Shown: piece after piece, positions 58,055 to 64,000 of the stretch | Numbering within the stretch: position 1 is the first letter of the stretch | How the letters are laid out: the number at the start of each line of letters is the position of its first letter | Notes under the pieces: generated by a model | Databases searched by the model: none | What the model saw: the letters and a program-made list of their open reading frames with translations, nothing else | Told to the model about the DNA's origin: nothing | Source of the DNA: Azolla caroliniana | Lineage: Eukaryota; Plantae; Polypodiophyta | DNA length: 64,000 nt | Reading direction: 5' to 3' | Assembly: GCA_043228905.1 (NCBI GenBank) | Contig: JBHGNT010000004.1 | Span: 22,196,001-22,260,000 of the forward strand | Program-made: the position numbers and the translations under genes

Positions 58055-59926
58055 ACATATTTTTTTGTTCATAGGACATAAACGTAGATCTTATCATGTC
58101 AAAACTGTAGATAATGATCCAATGATCTTGTAATATTCAAAACTATATTCAAATTATATAAGCCCCCATTTTTATTCTGGATGTATGATCCCACATGCAA
58201 AGCTTTCAGTCATCTACAAGGTAGAAAGAAGAAAGAAAGAAAGAAATATTACTACATTGAGCTAGTATAACGGAGAACCTAAAAAAGCAAAATTCGTATG
58301 TACATTACTTTCAGTTATGAGATACATTTTTGCTCAAAAGAACGTTTTCCAATTTTTGTGTAAATGTTGGGGAAGTTTGTTTTAGGCCTTTGATTGAGTT
58401 TTGTACCATTCTTTACCTTGCAACAATTATATGGTTAACTACACCAGTCCACCATGTAATAAGCACACATTTACCTATTTATTTGGAACGGCATGATTAA
58501 AGACTTGCCCTTATATTGGGTCACACTATCTCAATATAATTGGGGATTTAGTCATCTTCTTTTGAAGGGAAGTTTGACGCCATAGATGGGAGACTTGTGA
58601 GTAAAGATAAATGAGACAAATTTTACTATTCATCTGGTGATTACTAGCTATTCCGGCTTCATGCAGGTAATGGAGAGAACTTGACACATTTAATATTCAT
58701 GCTCTGCCTTGACGGATTTGGGATCATTGCTGAAATTGATGGGGGCTACACACATTCACAACCCATCTCTAGATAAAACCATGAACCTCAAGCCTCAGTT
58801 CACAAAAGTCCAATAAAGCATAAATCAAGAAGCAAAATTGCACAAGGTTGTGATTAAACTGTGTCTAGGTGCAATTAATGTTCCAGTAATGCTTGACATA
58901 CACTTTTATGTCTACCAACATTCACTGTTAGGTTGAACTAGAGGCTCAAACTCATCAAATAGATACACCCTTTATATGTCACATGGTTTCATACTCCCAT
59001 GCACCTCATACTGCTGACACTAAACAGTGGAATAAAATAGAAAAACACTGCATCTGAAACAATGGTTTCTATAATTGTTCGCACAATATTTCACATTGGC
59101 TGAAAAAGCAAAAACTCATGAAGTTTATTTAATAATATGAAGTGGATACTATCTTTCATGCAAACTTTTGCAAAATACCTTGACATTTGTTGTAACTCTT
59201 CATTGTCAACCACTATTTGTAGCAATGCCAAAAGGTCATGATAAATTATACCCTGATACTAAGCAGTTCTATAGCATAGCATCTTTGAGATCTCACTTTT
59301 GTGCTTCCAATTTATCAGACTACGCTTCATACTAGACTTCATTTCAAGCATGTGATGTCTCACAATTTTAGATTTGGTCCATAAAGGAAAACTCACAGAT
59401 GAACTTGATCAACAATGAACCCCAAAATAAAAGAGTATTGAAAAGCTTTGCAAAAAAAACACAATAGAGACATTGAGAGTTATACCACATGACTGCTCCA
59501 ATAAATTGTTTATGAAGCAGATAATTTACAGTGGAAGCAGAAGTAAAAAATCCTAGTTCAAAATCAGTGTGCTCGTGCTTCTTTACAACAAGAGCAACAT
59601 CATCTAATAAAAATAAATAATAAACGAAAGAACAAAGCAACGAGGTGCTCATAATTGCATTCTAGAACACAAACTTGAAGTTACATAAATCAATTGTTAA
59701 TATTTATTAGGTAAAAATACTTCAATGGTGCAGGACCGCAACCAAAGCATTGGTATTGCTCATAACCCACTTCCATGCTATAACATCATAGTTCAGATTT
59801 TGGTGGAAGGCTTTCCAAGCAGATCGTCTTTTGATCATGTCCTGGAAAATATTGAAATAAACACGGGTTTTTTGAGCTCCACCCACAAACACTCCCTATG
59901 TGAACACGCTCCTGTTCCACCAATTG

Positions 59927-63186
<3,260 letters not shown>

Positions 63187-63218
63187 TCAGAGCATCACCA
63201 AATCCTACAAATCTAACA

Positions 63219-63263
<45 letters not shown>
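63219..63263. repeat. (AC)n microsatellite in the ROP 5' leader region
   Basis: Directly visible, about 50 bp upstream of the ATG. Confidence 0.95.
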
Positions 63264-63266
<3 letters not shown>

Positions 63267-63836
63267 CCTTCCTTTCTTCTTCTTTACCTCTCCTCTGTTC
63301 TTGGCTATGGCCTTCTAATGCTTCTCAAACACAACATACACTCTCTGATCGCTCTAACTTTCCCTTTCTGCCTTCAGGAAGACCCACTAATATGAGAGAA
63401 TACAAAAAAAAAAAGGAAAGAAAGAAGGAAGAAGGGGAAAAGGGGAAAACTATATGTATATTCATTCTGCTGTATTTCTCTCTCTTCTCCTAAGTTTTTT
63501 TTTGTTTCCTACACTTTCTCCTTTACCCTGCTTTTCATTGCCCAACAAGAAGGACCCCATTTTCCCTTTTCTTCTCTTCCTTCCTTCACCTTACCTGGAA
63601 TTGGAAGTTGAATTACAGGTGGAATTGGAATGCATATGCATCATAACATCATGAGAATGAGACAGAGAGAGAGAGAGAGGGGGGGGGGAAGAGGAAGCCT
63701 ATAAGTAGTGTAAATGACTTACCACTCGGGTAAGCTAATTACAATAAAAGAAAGAGATAGAGAGAATATAGACCAGACTTTGCTTAGACCCCATCCCATA
63801 TCCTTCCATCTATGCCTTCCTTAGTAAGTCCTTGTC

Positions 63837-63879
<43 letters not shown>

Positions 63880-63880
63880 G

Positions 63881-64000
63881 CCATGCACTATACTTTTGAT
63901 TCAAGTGTCGGCTTTAACCATCAATCTCCGATAGAGCTCTCTCCGCCCCTTTGGTCCCCATGCACTATACTTTTGATTCGAGTGTCGGCTTTAACAATCA
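63881..64000. repeat. Direct repeat with 77-bp period, next to a (CT)n tract and running to the window edge
   Basis: ccatgcactatacttttgattc(a/g)agtgtcggctttaac.atca at 63881 and 63958. Confidence 0.85.

Overview
Eukaryotic, AT-rich, intron-rich land-plant nuclear DNA. A seed-free plant such as a fern is my inference from gene content and repeat style, not something the sequence proves. Six spliced protein-coding genes can be reconstructed from GT-AG junctions. They are an ISWI/CHR11-type chromatin remodeller (-, ~3907-11278), a divergent centrin (-, 17387-21940), a plastid Tat-signal TPR protein (+, 25595-30921), sucrose-phosphate phosphatase (+, 33051-36677), an armadillo-repeat kinesin (+, 47135-58054) and a type-I ROP GTPase (-, 59927-63171). 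Intergenic and intronic DNA holds an internally deleted copia element with both LTRs and a 5-bp TSD, and a 5'-truncated LINE flanked on both sides by (TC)n. It also holds RTE-like LINE remnants, four MITEs with 8- or 9-bp TSDs, tRNA-like relics and many microsatellites. The most unusual signals are a triplicated exon-1 end plus splice donor in ROP intron 1, the LINE sitting inside a TC microsatellite, nested transposon insertions, and ARK and ROP lying tail-to-tail. Exon coordinates were read by eye and may be off by a few bases.
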